From an uncultured virus (IMG/VR IMGVR_UViG_3300008459_007659) (lineage: Duplodnaviria; Heunggongvirae; Uroviricota; Caudoviricetes), in the IMG/VR virus record IMGVR_UViG_3300008459_007659, positions 62,001 to 126,000 of that record: a stretch of 64,000 nt of DNA; one strand, 5' to 3'. The notes beneath the pieces are model-generated. The model saw nothing but the letters and a program-made list of their open reading frames with translations. It searched no databases and had not been told where the DNA came from. This document shows, one piece after another, positions 9,513 through 20,700 of the stretch (positions are counted from its first letter, which is position 1; each line of letters starts with the position of its first letter). Position numbers and translations under genes: made by a program.

Positions 9513-10277
9513 ATGGAAAACAATGTTGCACAATATGGACAAATGGATTTTAACTTACCACACGATGTGGTTAAATTACCATCAGGAGGAATTTTTTATA
9601 AATCTAAAAAGAAGAGTGTTAAAGTTGGTTATTTAACTGCGTCTGACGAAAACATTTTGTCAAATATTAATCCTAATAAATCAATTAGGGAAAGTATTAT
9701 TCTACCTTTATTAAGAAATAAAATTTACGAACCTGATTTAAGACCTGATGAATTATTAGATGGTGATATTGAAGCGTTAATGATATTTTTAAGGAACACT
9801 TCATTTGGACCTGAATATAACATATCAATAAAGGATCCTGCAACAAACAAAGGATTTGAAACAACTATTTTATTAGATGAATTAAACATTAAAAAAACAG
9901 ATGTTGATCCTGATGAAAATGGGTATGTTACAACAACATTACCAAGAAGCGGTAATTCCGTTAAACTTAAATTTTTAAATGTTAGAGATTTAATTGAAAT
10001 TGAAGAAATTATTGATCAATACCCTGCAGGTAGAATACCACCGTCACAAACAATTAGATTGAATAAAATGATTGTTTCCATTGACGGAAATGAAGATAGA
10101 AGTCACATTTCTAAGTTTATTGAGTCAATGCCAATTATGGATTCAAAACATATTAAAAAGTTTGTTTTAGATAATGAACCAAGATTAGACTTAACAAAAC
10201 AAGTAATAGCCCCGTCAGGAGAAAAGGTAATGGTTAACATTGCGTTTGGGGTTGAATTTTTTCGGCCTTTTTTCTGA
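9513..10277 (+). CDS. tail/baseplate assembly chaperone (T4 gp26-like)
   Basis: Between tube and tape measure. VKLPSGG.FY, LTASDENIL, LLDGD..A...FLR..SFG.EY, TLP.SG; ends GVEFFRPFF. Confidence 0.75.
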   Translation: MENNVAQYGQMDFNLPHDVVKLPSGGIFYKSKKKSVKVGYLTASDENILSNINPNKSIRESIILPLLRNKIYEPDLRPDELLDGDIEALMIFLRNTSFGPEYNISIKDPATNKGFETTILLDELNIKKTDVDPDENGYVTTTLPRSGNSVKLKFLNVRDLIEIEEIIDQYPAGRIPPSQTIRLNKMIVSIDGNEDRSHISKFIESMPIMDSKHIKKFVLDNEPRLDLTKQVIAPSGEKVMVNIAFGVEFFRPFF

Positions 10278-10416
10278 TTACACAAAAATTTTACTTGACG
10301 AATATTATATCCTTGCAAAAATTCTGAGAACATCATATTCAGACTTTCTATCTATGCCAACATATATCCGAAGATATTTAATTAATAAAATTATTGAGGA
10401 ACATAAAAGTGAATAA
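10261..10416 (+). CDS. uncalled +1-frame ORF; probable frameshift extension of the chaperone (gpGT / gpE+E' analogue)
   Basis: Reads FGLFSDYTKILLDEYYILAKILRTSYSDFLSMPTYIRRYLINKIIEEHKSE*. It fills the gap before the tape measure and has no ATG near its start. Confidence 0.7.
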   Translation, partial: FGLFSDYTKILLDEYYILAKILRTSYSDFLSMPTYIRRYLINKIIEEHKSE

Positions 10417-10444
10417 TTAATATTTATATAGAAATACAATTTAA

Positions 10445-12277
10445 ATGTTAGCAACAAACGATTCTGGTGATGTAGATAAAGAAGAAACAGGTGCGGGTAG
10501 TTACGGGTTTACAGGTATTGATGTTGCCACACAATTATCTACTGCCGCCAAAGATTTATCAGGAATACCTGCTCAAATAGGTTCGTTAATTAGTACTAAT
10601 TTAGGTTTAACTGCAATGTTTAGAGCAGCAACTGACTTAGATAAAAAGAGTGCGGATATCGTAAAAACATTAGGGACTGGATTCGAAAGAAGTATAGAAC
10701 TTCAAAGAACTCTCACACTTGCAATCCCACAATTTGTTGGGATGGGTTTGAAGGCGGATGATGCATCTGCTCTTTATGAAAACCTAATTAAAAAATTCAA
10801 TATTAATTTAAAACTAAGTGACAAACAATTAGTTGAGTTGGCGGCGACAAGTAAAGTTACTGGTGTTGCGGCTGATGAATTAGCACTTAATTTTAAAGAT
10901 GTTGGTTTTAGTATTGAATCTGTTGGTGACAATATGTTGGAGGTTGCAAAAATTGCTAATCAAGCGGGGGTTACCGTCGCTAGTGTTGCGGGTGCGGTAA
11001 GTAAAAACCTTGAAAAACTTAATTTGTTTAATTTTGATAATGGTGTTAAAGGACTTGCTAAAATGGCGGCGCAAGCATCAAGATTAGGTGTTGATATGGA
11101 AAAAATATTTGCCAAATCTGAAGACCTATTAAGTCCCGAAAAAGCAATTGATTTCGCAGCATCATTACAAAGATTAGGAGTCACCTCAAGTGAGTTATTA
11201 GATCCGTTAAGAGCAATGGATTTGGCTCAAAATGATCCTGTTGAGTTACAAAATCAAATTGTTAATTTAAGTAAAGATTTTGTTAGATTTAATGAACAAA
11301 ATAATCAATTTGAAATTTTACCTGGTGCAAAAAGGAGAATGAGGGAAGTTGCGACTGAATTAGGTATGTCTGCGGCTGAATTCTCAAAAATGGCAATCAA
11401 CGCCGCATCATTTGATGAAAAATTAAAAAAGATTAAATTTAGTCCTGAAGTAAATGAAGACGATAGAGAATTGGTGGCGACAATGGCTCAGTTTAGTAAA
11501 AGTGGCGTTGCTCAGGTTAAAGTTAAAACATTTGATGAAACAACAGGTAAATTAACAGGTGACGAAGAATTAGTTGATGTTAGTAAATTAACTGCGGAAC
11601 AAATAGAATCACTTAAGGCGGAACAAGCATTACAAGGTAAAACCATGGAAGAAATTGCGGTTGATCAATTAAGTGAAATGTCAAAAACAAATGCAATACT
11701 TAATGAGAGATTGGCAGCGTATCAATATGGTATGGCACAAGGAGCTGCTCAACCTATTTATAGCGGTGCATTATCTAAAACAAGAGATCTTGTAAAAGAA
11801 CTCCCAACCGACCCTATGGTTTATATTAAAACCATAGAAGATGTTGAAAAAAAAGTGGGAGAAATATTAAAAGATTTAGGTGTTGATTTTGGAGTTGTAA
11901 TTGAAGAATTTGGGAAGGCTAAAGATGTTGTATATAATTGGTTTAGTGATGCTGCAACAACTATTAAAGATATTTATAATTCTGTTATTGGTACAACAAC
12001 TTCCTCCGCAACATCAACTGCAACACCATCGGCATCAAATGTGGTATCATCAACTGCAACAACAACAGTAGGTGGAGGAGGTACTGAAACCGCCTCAACC
12101 AATACACAACCAACAAATATGAACATAACCCACACATTTAATTTTTCAAATATGCCAAGTTATGTAACATCAACTGAGGTTGAACGAATATTAAAAGAAT
12201 ATACTCAAAATTCTCAAAATGCTCTTGCAATGGTAATGGCGGCAGGAAAAATAAATGCCGGATTAACAACAACATAA
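10445..12277 (+). CDS. tape measure protein
   Basis: Ala/Leu/Lys-rich helical 610-aa protein directly after tube and chaperone; Thr/Ser-rich C-terminal linker. Confidence 0.75.
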   Translation: MLATNDSGDVDKEETGAGSYGFTGIDVATQLSTAAKDLSGIPAQIGSLISTNLGLTAMFRAATDLDKKSADIVKTLGTGFERSIELQRTLTLAIPQFVGMGLKADDASALYENLIKKFNINLKLSDKQLVELAATSKVTGVAADELALNFKDVGFSIESVGDNMLEVAKIANQAGVTVASVAGAVSKNLEKLNLFNFDNGVKGLAKMAAQASRLGVDMEKIFAKSEDLLSPEKAIDFAASLQRLGVTSSELLDPLRAMDLAQNDPVELQNQIVNLSKDFVRFNEQNNQFEILPGAKRRMREVATELGMSAAEFSKMAINAASFDEKLKKIKFSPEVNEDDRELVATMAQFSKSGVAQVKVKTFDETTGKLTGDEELVDVSKLTAEQIESLKAEQALQGKTMEEIAVDQLSEMSKTNAILNERLAAYQYGMAQGAAQPIYSGALSKTRDLVKELPTDPMVYIKTIEDVEKKVGEILKDLGVDFGVVIEEFGKAKDVVYNWFSDAATTIKDIYNSVIGTTTSSATSTATPSASNVVSSTATTTVGGGGTETASTNTQPTNMNITHTFNFSNMPSYVTSTEVERILKEYTQNSQNALAMVMAAGKINAGLTTT

Positions 12278-12313
12278 AAACATATTTTATGTATTTATAG
12301 GAAAAGATAAAAT

Positions 12314-15300
12314 ATGTCAGAGAGTGTATTATCATTTGCATCGTCATCTACATTTAGAAATACTTTAATTGCTAGAAATTTAGCACCTTATCAAGTACAA
12401 GGTGTGTACACACCTCCTGCAGGTAATGTAACATATGAAGTATCACCACTTAGTAACAGTAATGTAATTGATTCACCTGATACATTAATATCTACAAATC
12501 AAGGTGCTAATCAACTTTATTCATTAAATGAATACGGACCTGAAGGTGGTTTCATTGGTAAATATACTATACCTGGAGCTCCATATCCCGTTGAATCAAA
12601 TAAAGGACCTTATGACCCAGGAGACACAATTTTAGATTTGGTTAATGAATTCTATATTGATGCGGCATATATACAAAATAAATACGGACCTGAGAGTGGG
12701 TTTAAAGATTTATATGTTATTACAGATGTAATCACATCAAATAAGATGTACCAACCTTATTGGGATCCATCAATATTTGTACCATCATTTTATAGTCCGT
12801 ATGAGATATTAACAAGTACCAACCCAACAGGATCTGATGGTTCTTTATCACAAGATTCGTATTTAGCTAAGATTGGTGCGGCACAACTTAAAGGATATTT
12901 TGAAGATAGAATTGCATCAGAGTTAGAACAGTTAACAATAGGTTCTATTAACCTTGATACATTATCTGATCCATTTAGTGCGAGTTTATTAGCATCAGGA
13001 CAACAACCATTCTTTATTAAGAATTGGAAAATTACTGTACCTGAAAATCCTTTATTAGCTGCGGTATCGTTTGCAAATAGATTATCAGGAACTTATTTTC
13101 CTGTATCATTTATTCCTGGTGATTATTTTGATGAAAACAATCCTGAAGGTAATGTATCGGGAGCATTAAATACCGCAAACAATTTAACGGCAGGTGCATT
13201 AGGTGGAATTTTAAATAAATTTAGAAATCCTTCTGAATTATTTTTGGCAAATACAGGTAATGGACAACAATCAGTTTTATTTGGTAACTTAAATTATAAC
13301 TTATATAGACCTGTATATCAAAAAAATCTAATACAAGGAGCGTCACAAGCAATTAATAACCTATTCAACGGGGATAACGGTGGAGGAGGTTATTATATCG
13401 GTAGTGAAAATGCGGAACCTGGATTAATAACAAACCCATCTAATGAGGTTGCAACCGATAGATTTGGTAAACAACAAGGAACACTTGTTTATGGACCTGA
13501 CGAGTTAGGTAAATTGTATGAAGGTAATGATGGTAAACTTAATTTTGGATTAGGTGGTAAATCACATCACGATGGTGATGGTATAGATGGTAGATTCGTT
13601 TGGACATCACCAAAGTATAGACCAAATGCGGGATTCAAAGTAGGTAGAGGTGGAGAAACCTTCCAACAGGACGCTGAATTTAATATTGTTGAGGCTCAAT
13701 ACAGTCAAGATCAATCAATTGATGTTGAATTTAAGGGGGGTTCTATATTAGATAATACGCAAAGAATTATTAATGCTGCCGATAATGTTCAAGGGGCAAA
13801 ACGACTTAAACACGTCGGTAACGCAATAAATCAAGTGTCAAAAGTTTTTAATGATGGTTATAAAGAATTAACAAAAGGTTCTCAAGTAATTGCATATTAC
13901 GACTCAAGTACAGGTAGTAATGTAATTGGTGAAAGTGGATTTGAAGTTGGTAGAGAATATTGTAGAATCTTCCAAAAAGATACTCCATATTACACTTACG
14001 CTGATTTACAAAAAACTGATGGTATAACTACTTCAGGTAGAAGATTTAATAATTCAGTATTTGATAATACTTACAATTTAAATATTGCACCTTTAAGAAA
14101 CCCTGGATCAACTAACATTGTTGATAATAAAGTGAAAAAATATATGTTCTCACTTGAAAATTTAGCTTGGAGAACATCAAGTGAACCTGGGTTTAGATAT
14201 GATGATTTACCTGTTTGTGAGAAAGGACCGAATGGTGGTAGAATTATGTGGTTTCCACCATATAATATAACATTCAGTGAAGACAGTAAGGCAGGTTGGA
14301 ACCCTACATCATTTTTAGGTAGACCTGAACCAATATATACATATAAAGATAGTACAAGAACGGGTTCATTAAGTTGGACAATAATTGTGGATCATCCATC
14401 AGTTATGAATACAATTATTAGAGAACAACTTAAAACTAGAACACCACAAGAAATTAATTCAATAATGGATTCATTTTTTGCGGGTTGTGTTAAATATGAC
14501 ATATATGATTTGGCAATAAAGTTTAATAACATACCAACATCTGATTTATATACATACCAACAACTTTTAAATGAACCAAGAAAAACTCAAGAAGAACTTC
14601 AAAATATATTAACAAAAATCCCAGTCGACAATTCAATACCTGGGGGTAATAGTACAGGTACTCAAGGAGATGCTGAGGTTAGTCAAACAACTAACACCAC
14701 AAATGATGTTAAACCCGGACCTACAGTTGAAGAGGTTGTTACTTCTTCAGAACTTAATGATAATTTTTCAGAATATGCGTTTTATTTTGAAAACGATTCA
14801 CCATATTTTAATAATCCAATAAAAAATCCTTCAGATCCTGCGGAATGGAAAGTTGCGGGTGCGGCATCAAGAGATTTCCCTAATTTAGGTAATAATGCAA
14901 ATTGGGATTATGATAATTATTACGATTTTTATATAGGTTTAAGAAATCAAAAATATGTAACTAATGCACCTGCAAAATGTTTTGCTCAAGGACAAACTGA
15001 TCCTTTCTTAAAGGAAGGAGTACAAAACTTTTTTGATAATGTTGTTGTGGACAATTTTAGTGTAATTAAAAATGAGTTATTACCAAAAATTAAAGAATTT
15101 ATTGTTGACAAAAAAGGACAAATAACAATTGAATTAGTTGGTTCAGCATCACCAATACAAGCTAGTTTACAATATAATGAATATCTTTCTGATAGAAGAA
15201 TTGATTCTGTTGTAAAATGGTTTAAAAAACAAAATGTTGCTGGAGAAAATTTCCAAAAGTTTTTTGATGAAGGAAAATTAATTGTTAAATCAGCATCTTT

Positions 15301-17452
15301 AGGTGAAGTTGCTCAAGTTTCACCAAAAAGTAAAGATGGTACAAATTTCTCAATAAACTGTAATGTAAACATACTTGATGGAGCTACTTTAGCAACTGCT
15401 AAGACTAATGATTATGGTGGTGAATGGTATTCAGTACCCGCAATGGCTTGTAGAAAAGTTAGAATTGCGTCAATAATTGCAACATATGTACAAGAAGTTA
15501 AACCTGAAGATCCAATTCAAGAACCAATAATAGATGTTGTTGTGATACCTAATCAGTCAGGAACAACAGGAACAACAACTATTGAAATACCTCCACTTAA
15601 AATTATAGAACAACCAGATCCGATTCAAAAGGTTAAAGACGGTATTTCCAAAAAAATATTAAGACATCTATTTTCTGAATGTGATTATTTTGATGTGTTA
15701 AAAGAAAGTGATCCTATGGTATTTGAAAGTATTAAAGATAGGATAAAATACTTTACACCGGCATTTCACTCAATAACACCTGAAGGATTAAATGCAAGAC
15801 TTACATTCTTACAACAATGTATGAGACCGGGACAAACAATTCCTGTTATTGGACCTGATGGTAAACCAAAATATAATGATGCTCAAAATACTGCGTTTGG
15901 AGCACCACCTGTATTGGTATTAAGAATTGGTGATTTTTATCACACAAAAATAATTCCTAATACATTAGGTATACAATATGATCCTTTGGTTTTTGATATA
16001 AATCCTGAAGGAATTGGGGTACAACCAATGTTAGCCAAAATTTCATTAGGATTTGACTTTATTGGTGGACATGGATTAGCTGGACCAGTTAAACAATTAC
16101 AGAACGCATTATCATTCAATTACTATGCGAATACTGAAATATATGATGAAAGATCAGTTGCAACAGAAAGTACAGAAGAAAGAGATAAACAAATGGTTGC
16201 TAAAATAGTTAAAGGTGCGGGAACATCAACACCTACGGTTGGATCTAATACGGTTGCTAACCAACAATCACAAAAAGGTGGAGGAACTATTGGAACTATA
16301 TTGTCAACAAACTACGAAAATAATAATGAAGTTGAAGTTGGTGACATGGACTATTCAGGATTAATTAAAGAATTATCTGAAGGGACTAAAAATTATTTTA
16401 CAACAATAACAAATCAACTTAAAACAATGACAAGTACAACTAATATGGGTATTGTCGGATTAGCAAGTAGTGAAAGAAAATTTAATAATGGTGAGTTAAA
16501 TGAATATGATGTACCATTACCTGATGTTCCATTGTATGGTAGATCATTAGAAATTGAAAAAAATGTAAGTAAATTAATTAAAGAAACATTATCAGATGTT
16601 AAAAATGATAAGGATCCAATTTCATATTATGTTAATAAGGATTCTAACCAATATAGTGCGGTAAATTCTGAGTTAAGAGAATTAAGAGCAAAATTAGAAG
16701 AAGAGGTAACCAAAATGGAAACTGAAATAAATAATATTGTTATTGAACCTGCTAACACAATGACTTCATATCAAGAAAACTATAATTATACTTTAAGAAA
16801 AATGGATATGATTTGTGGTAAAATTGATGGTATCAAATTAGGTACCGGAGATTACAAAGTTTACACATTAAGTGGTGACAACATTGATAATATTATTAAA
16901 GTATATACCACTAATACAAATCCTGTTTCCGTAGGATTTAAATTAACGGATTATAATAATAAAATATTAGATGTTGATTCTAATAGTATCTTAAAAAAGA
17001 TTAACTATCAGGATAATAATTTTGATCCAATAACTAAAGTTTTCTCTGGTTTTGGTGATGATACGGCAACTAGAAGGTTCTATATGACTATGTCCCCAAT
17101 ATTTTTGGATGATAATAAATTTAACGCTTTTGTCACTAATTTAACTTCTGGGCCTAAAATATCTAAAAATCAAAAATTAATTGATGGTATTAAAAAAATA
17201 TCAAATGAATTTAAAGGGAAATGTAAAGAAGAATATGATGCCGAATTAAAATTCTTTGATACTTTAATGAATGGTAGTGATTATCAAACATATGAAAAAT
17301 ATGAGATAACTGAATTTGATTCCAAAGTACAATACACAACGGATAATGTTGGTAACAACCTACAAAAGAAGAATAGATTAAAAGATTTGTATTTAGATGT
17401 AAATGTAAAAACAAGTAATAAAACTTATAATGGAAAAGTAACTTTCACTTAA
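12314..17452 (+). CDS. large baseplate/tube-initiator protein with an inserted OmpA-like domain
   Basis: Tube-initiator-like halves (W....FLGRPEPIYTY..S.R.GSLSW and APPVLVLRIGDFY..KII..L.I.YD) flank OmpA-like motifs (VGSASP, YNEYLSDRRIDSV, CRKVRI). Confidence 0.65.
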   Translation: MSESVLSFASSSTFRNTLIARNLAPYQVQGVYTPPAGNVTYEVSPLSNSNVIDSPDTLISTNQGANQLYSLNEYGPEGGFIGKYTIPGAPYPVESNKGPYDPGDTILDLVNEFYIDAAYIQNKYGPESGFKDLYVITDVITSNKMYQPYWDPSIFVPSFYSPYEILTSTNPTGSDGSLSQDSYLAKIGAAQLKGYFEDRIASELEQLTIGSINLDTLSDPFSASLLASGQQPFFIKNWKITVPENPLLAAVSFANRLSGTYFPVSFIPGDYFDENNPEGNVSGALNTANNLTAGALGGILNKFRNPSELFLANTGNGQQSVLFGNLNYNLYRPVYQKNLIQGASQAINNLFNGDNGGGGYYIGSENAEPGLITNPSNEVATDRFGKQQGTLVYGPDELGKLYEGNDGKLNFGLGGKSHHDGDGIDGRFVWTSPKYRPNAGFKVGRGGETFQQDAEFNIVEAQYSQDQSIDVEFKGGSILDNTQRIINAADNVQGAKRLKHVGNAINQVSKVFNDGYKELTKGSQVIAYYDSSTGSNVIGESGFEVGREYCRIFQKDTPYYTYADLQKTDGITTSGRRFNNSVFDNTYNLNIAPLRNPGSTNIVDNKVKKYMFSLENLAWRTSSEPGFRYDDLPVCEKGPNGGRIMWFPPYNITFSEDSKAGWNPTSFLGRPEPIYTYKDSTRTGSLSWTIIVDHPSVMNTIIREQLKTRTPQEINSIMDSFFAGCVKYDIYDLAIKFNNIPTSDLYTYQQLLNEPRKTQEELQNILTKIPVDNSIPGGNSTGTQGDAEVSQTTNTTNDVKPGPTVEEVVTSSELNDNFSEYAFYFENDSPYFNNPIKNPSDPAEWKVAGAASRDFPNLGNNANWDYDNYYDFYIGLRNQKYVTNAPAKCFAQGQTDPFLKEGVQNFFDNVVVDNFSVIKNELLPKIKEFIVDKKGQITIELVGSASPIQASLQYNEYLSDRRIDSVVKWFKKQNVAGENFQKFFDEGKLIVKSASLGEVAQVSPKSKDGTNFSINCNVNILDGATLATAKTNDYGGEWYSVPAMACRKVRIASIIATYVQEVKPEDPIQEPIIDVVVIPNQSGTTGTTTIEIPPLKIIEQPDPIQKVKDGISKKILRHLFSECDYFDVLKESDPMVFESIKDRIKYFTPAFHSITPEGLNARLTFLQQCMRPGQTIPVIGPDGKPKYNDAQNTAFGAPPVLVLRIGDFYHTKIIPNTLGIQYDPLVFDINPEGIGVQPMLAKISLGFDFIGGHGLAGPVKQLQNALSFNYYANTEIYDERSVATESTEERDKQMVAKIVKGAGTSTPTVGSNTVANQQSQKGGGTIGTILSTNYENNNEVEVGDMDYSGLIKELSEGTKNYFTTITNQLKTMTSTTNMGIVGLASSERKFNNGELNEYDVPLPDVPLYGRSLEIEKNVSKLIKETLSDVKNDKDPISYYVNKDSNQYSAVNSELRELRAKLEEEVTKMETEINNIVIEPANTMTSYQENYNYTLRKMDMICGKIDGIKLGTGDYKVYTLSGDNIDNIIKVYTTNTNPVSVGFKLTDYNNKILDVDSNSILKKINYQDNNFDPITKVFSGFGDDTATRRFYMTMSPIFLDDNKFNAFVTNLTSGPKISKNQKLIDGIKKISNEFKGKCKEEYDAELKFFDTLMNGSDYQTYEKYEITEFDSKVQYTTDNVGNNLQKKNRLKDLYLDVNVKTSNKTYNGKVTFT

Positions 17453-17454
17453 TT

Positions 17455-17778
17455 ATGGCATTACAATACTATAACAGATATAATCAGTTTTTACAAAATG
17501 GACAACAAACAGTTGTTCCTTATGTAGAATTACCCGTAAAAACTTCTGATAAAACATATATCTATAAAGTTGGTACATCAAGATTGGATAAAGTATCACA
17601 ACAATTTTATGGTTCACCACTGTTTGGGTGGTTAATAATGTTGGCGAATCCACAGTTTACTGGGTTTGAATTCAACATACCTGATGCTGCTATATTGACT
17701 ATACCGTATCCTTTACTAACTTCATTACAAGACTATAAATCAACATTAGAAACACATTTCTTCTACTATGGTAGATAA
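17455..17778 (+). CDS. LysM-like baseplate protein (T4 gp53 / P2 gpX-like)
   Basis: RLDKVSQQFYGSPLFGWLIMLANP...L.IP; canonical position before the hub. Confidence 0.8.
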   Translation: MALQYYNRYNQFLQNGQQTVVPYVELPVKTSDKTYIYKVGTSRLDKVSQQFYGSPLFGWLIMLANPQFTGFEFNIPDAAILTIPYPLLTSLQDYKSTLETHFFYYGR

Positions 17779-20700
17779 CGGAGAAAACATATTGGTAGAA
17801 TTTGACTACCAAAACATATCGGTAATTGATCCAAACAAAGTGATTGATGAAAATGGTATGGCTAGAGAACGACTTGTCAATCAAGAAGACTTGGTGTTCT
17901 ATGCAAATTTAGAATGTTCGGTTTTACCGAGAACAAAATTGGCGATAGGTGTTCCATTGGAAGATTCTGTTAGAACAATATCTGTGGGTAAAATTAATTT
18001 TTTGAATCCTGGAGATAGTAAATTTTTAGAAGAAATTTATGTTGATGAAATAACAGGTAAAGATTCATTACAGGGTAAAGGTATTAATCAACAAAAAATA
18101 GATAAAATTACTAATCCTAATCAGAGTGATGACTATTTTTATAGACAAACAACATTAACTAATGGTAATCCTGGTTCAACAGATACAGGAATGTTAGGTA
18201 TAACTCAAATTAATATCTCTTATGGTACGGACTTCTTACCTGTTATTGATATTACAATGGAAGATGTTAAGGGTAGAGCATTATTTGAAGCAGGTAGTAA
18301 TTCACCATATGCCGCATTCTTCCAATTACCGTATCCATTATTTTATCTAACAATAAAAGGATACTTAGGTAAAGCGGTTAGATTACCATTGATGTTAAGA
18401 ACCTTTAATGCAAGTTTTGATCCTAGCAGTGGGAATTTTAGGGTTCAACTACAAATGTACACATATAAGTACACGATATTATCTTCAGTGAATTGGCAGG
18501 CGATGATGTCAACTCCATTGATGTTCCAGTCAGCAATAGAGACAGTACCACAAACAACAACAGGAAACGGAAACAAAAATGACAAAGTTGAAAGTGGTTG
18601 GTCAAGTAAAGGATATTCTAAAATAAAAGAATTGTATGCTGAGTATAAATCAAAAGGGTTGATATCAGATAATTTTCCTGAAATAACCATTCAGGAACTA
18701 CAGATAAATTTAAATACTTTTTTAAAAAATATCATTGATAATTACCCTAAAACTAATTTAGACACTCTTAATAGTTTATCTGACTACTCAAAAGTATTAG
18801 ATAGATATGAACAAGAAGTTTATTTGTATTCGGGTGTGGATTCTTGGTATGGAAAATATTTGGACACCAAAAACCCATTTGTTACATTCCCACCTACGGG
18901 ACAAAAAGACGGGTATGTGTTATACCAATTTAAAGAAGAATATAAATCATCTCAAAAACAACAAGAAGCATTAACCGAATTATCGGGTATTGTTAAAAGA
19001 AATAACGAATCATTGAGAGGTAATACTGTTTTAGGTGATGGTAAACCAAACAGTATACCTGTAGATATTTTTGTAGATTTACAAAAAAATACTAGTACAT
19101 TTTTTTATAATACTGATGTAAATAATATTGATATAAATAAAACTTATGCTCAGAGAAACGGTAAAGAAATATCATTTACCGCAACCACTTCAGTTCAGAA
19201 CCAAATAAGAACACAGTTTGATTCCTCACCAAAATTCTTTTTTAAGGGTACGGCATCTTTTATTGATAAAACAACTACAATAAGAGAAAATTATCAAACA
19301 AAAAAACAGGCAATAGAAGAACAATTATCTAAAGATTTAATCTTAAATATAAGTAAAAGTGCTAGTGAAGGTGGAATTGGATTTTCACCAACAATAAGAA
19401 ATGTATTAGCGGTATTTTTTGCTCAAGGAGAGGCGTTTTTAAGATTACTTGATGAGGTTCATGCAAAAGCTTGGGACTTAAGAGATGATACAATTAGAAA
19501 GGCTGCGGTTTTATCAACCTCATCAGGTGCGAATAGTGTTGATTTAAAAGATTTAACAGTTTTAGAAACACCAATATATCCTTGGCCTCAAGTTATTGTT
19601 GAGAACAATCTAAAAGAAGGTGAACGATATGAATTGAAATACCCTGGAGATACGAGTATTGCAACTAAAATTAGGGCTTATCAACCTGAAATATGGCCGG
19701 AAGTAGAATTTGTTGAAGATTTTATAAAGGCGACATACGAAAGAAAAGTTCCTGAAAAATTCCCAACCGACACTAACAATCAACAACTTAAACCAAATAG
19801 ATTAAGTTTTAATGCAATTGAATTTCCAATTAATAATCAAGTATATCAAAATGTTGAAGAAGTTAAATTTTTCTATGAAATATATGAAAGATTATTAATT
19901 AATGCTTTCTATAGTAAATTAAGTAGGGATTCTAATAAAACATTTAATATGACTGAATATTATTCTGAGTCAGAAGTGTTAAATATGTTAGAATCATTAG
20001 GTGATGATAATCCATTCCTAACTAAGAAGTTAAAAGAATATAATTTAAACTCAGGAATTTACTTATCATTTTTAAGACACATTTCAAATGGGGGAACTGG
20101 AGAATCTTGGCAAAATTATATCAGAGGAGAATTTAACACATCATATATTAAAAATGATGTTAGTACATCATTCAAGTTGTACAATCAAGATATTCTAACT
20201 AATGAAAAATCACAACCATTATTATCCATTAAAGATAATTCATATGCTAAAGAATATTTTGGTAATGCAAACATTGTAGAGAATTTTGATTTTACTGACA
20301 CATATCCAATAACTAATTTGAGTTGGATAAAAAATTATTTAGCGGACGGAAAGGACATTCAAAAGAAAGAAGATGTTTTTAAAACTAATCAAGTTTTAGA
20401 ATATAATACAATTATAAAAAGTATAACAAATTATGATGATACTGTAGATGCTAAAGACAAACAACCTGTAACAAGTTTTAATTATAAATCAAACAATAGT
20501 GGGACATTTAATCAACCAATTATTTTGGCGGATTTAAAAACTTTTTATAATACGAGAACAATAAAAAATCAATACACTACTGAAGGTAACATTTCATATT
20601 TTGATTATGACAATAAATTGGTGTCAGAACAAACGACATCAATTCTAAATACACCTTATTTTATTAATGCAATTCAAAAAGGGGTGTATGATTTTAGATA

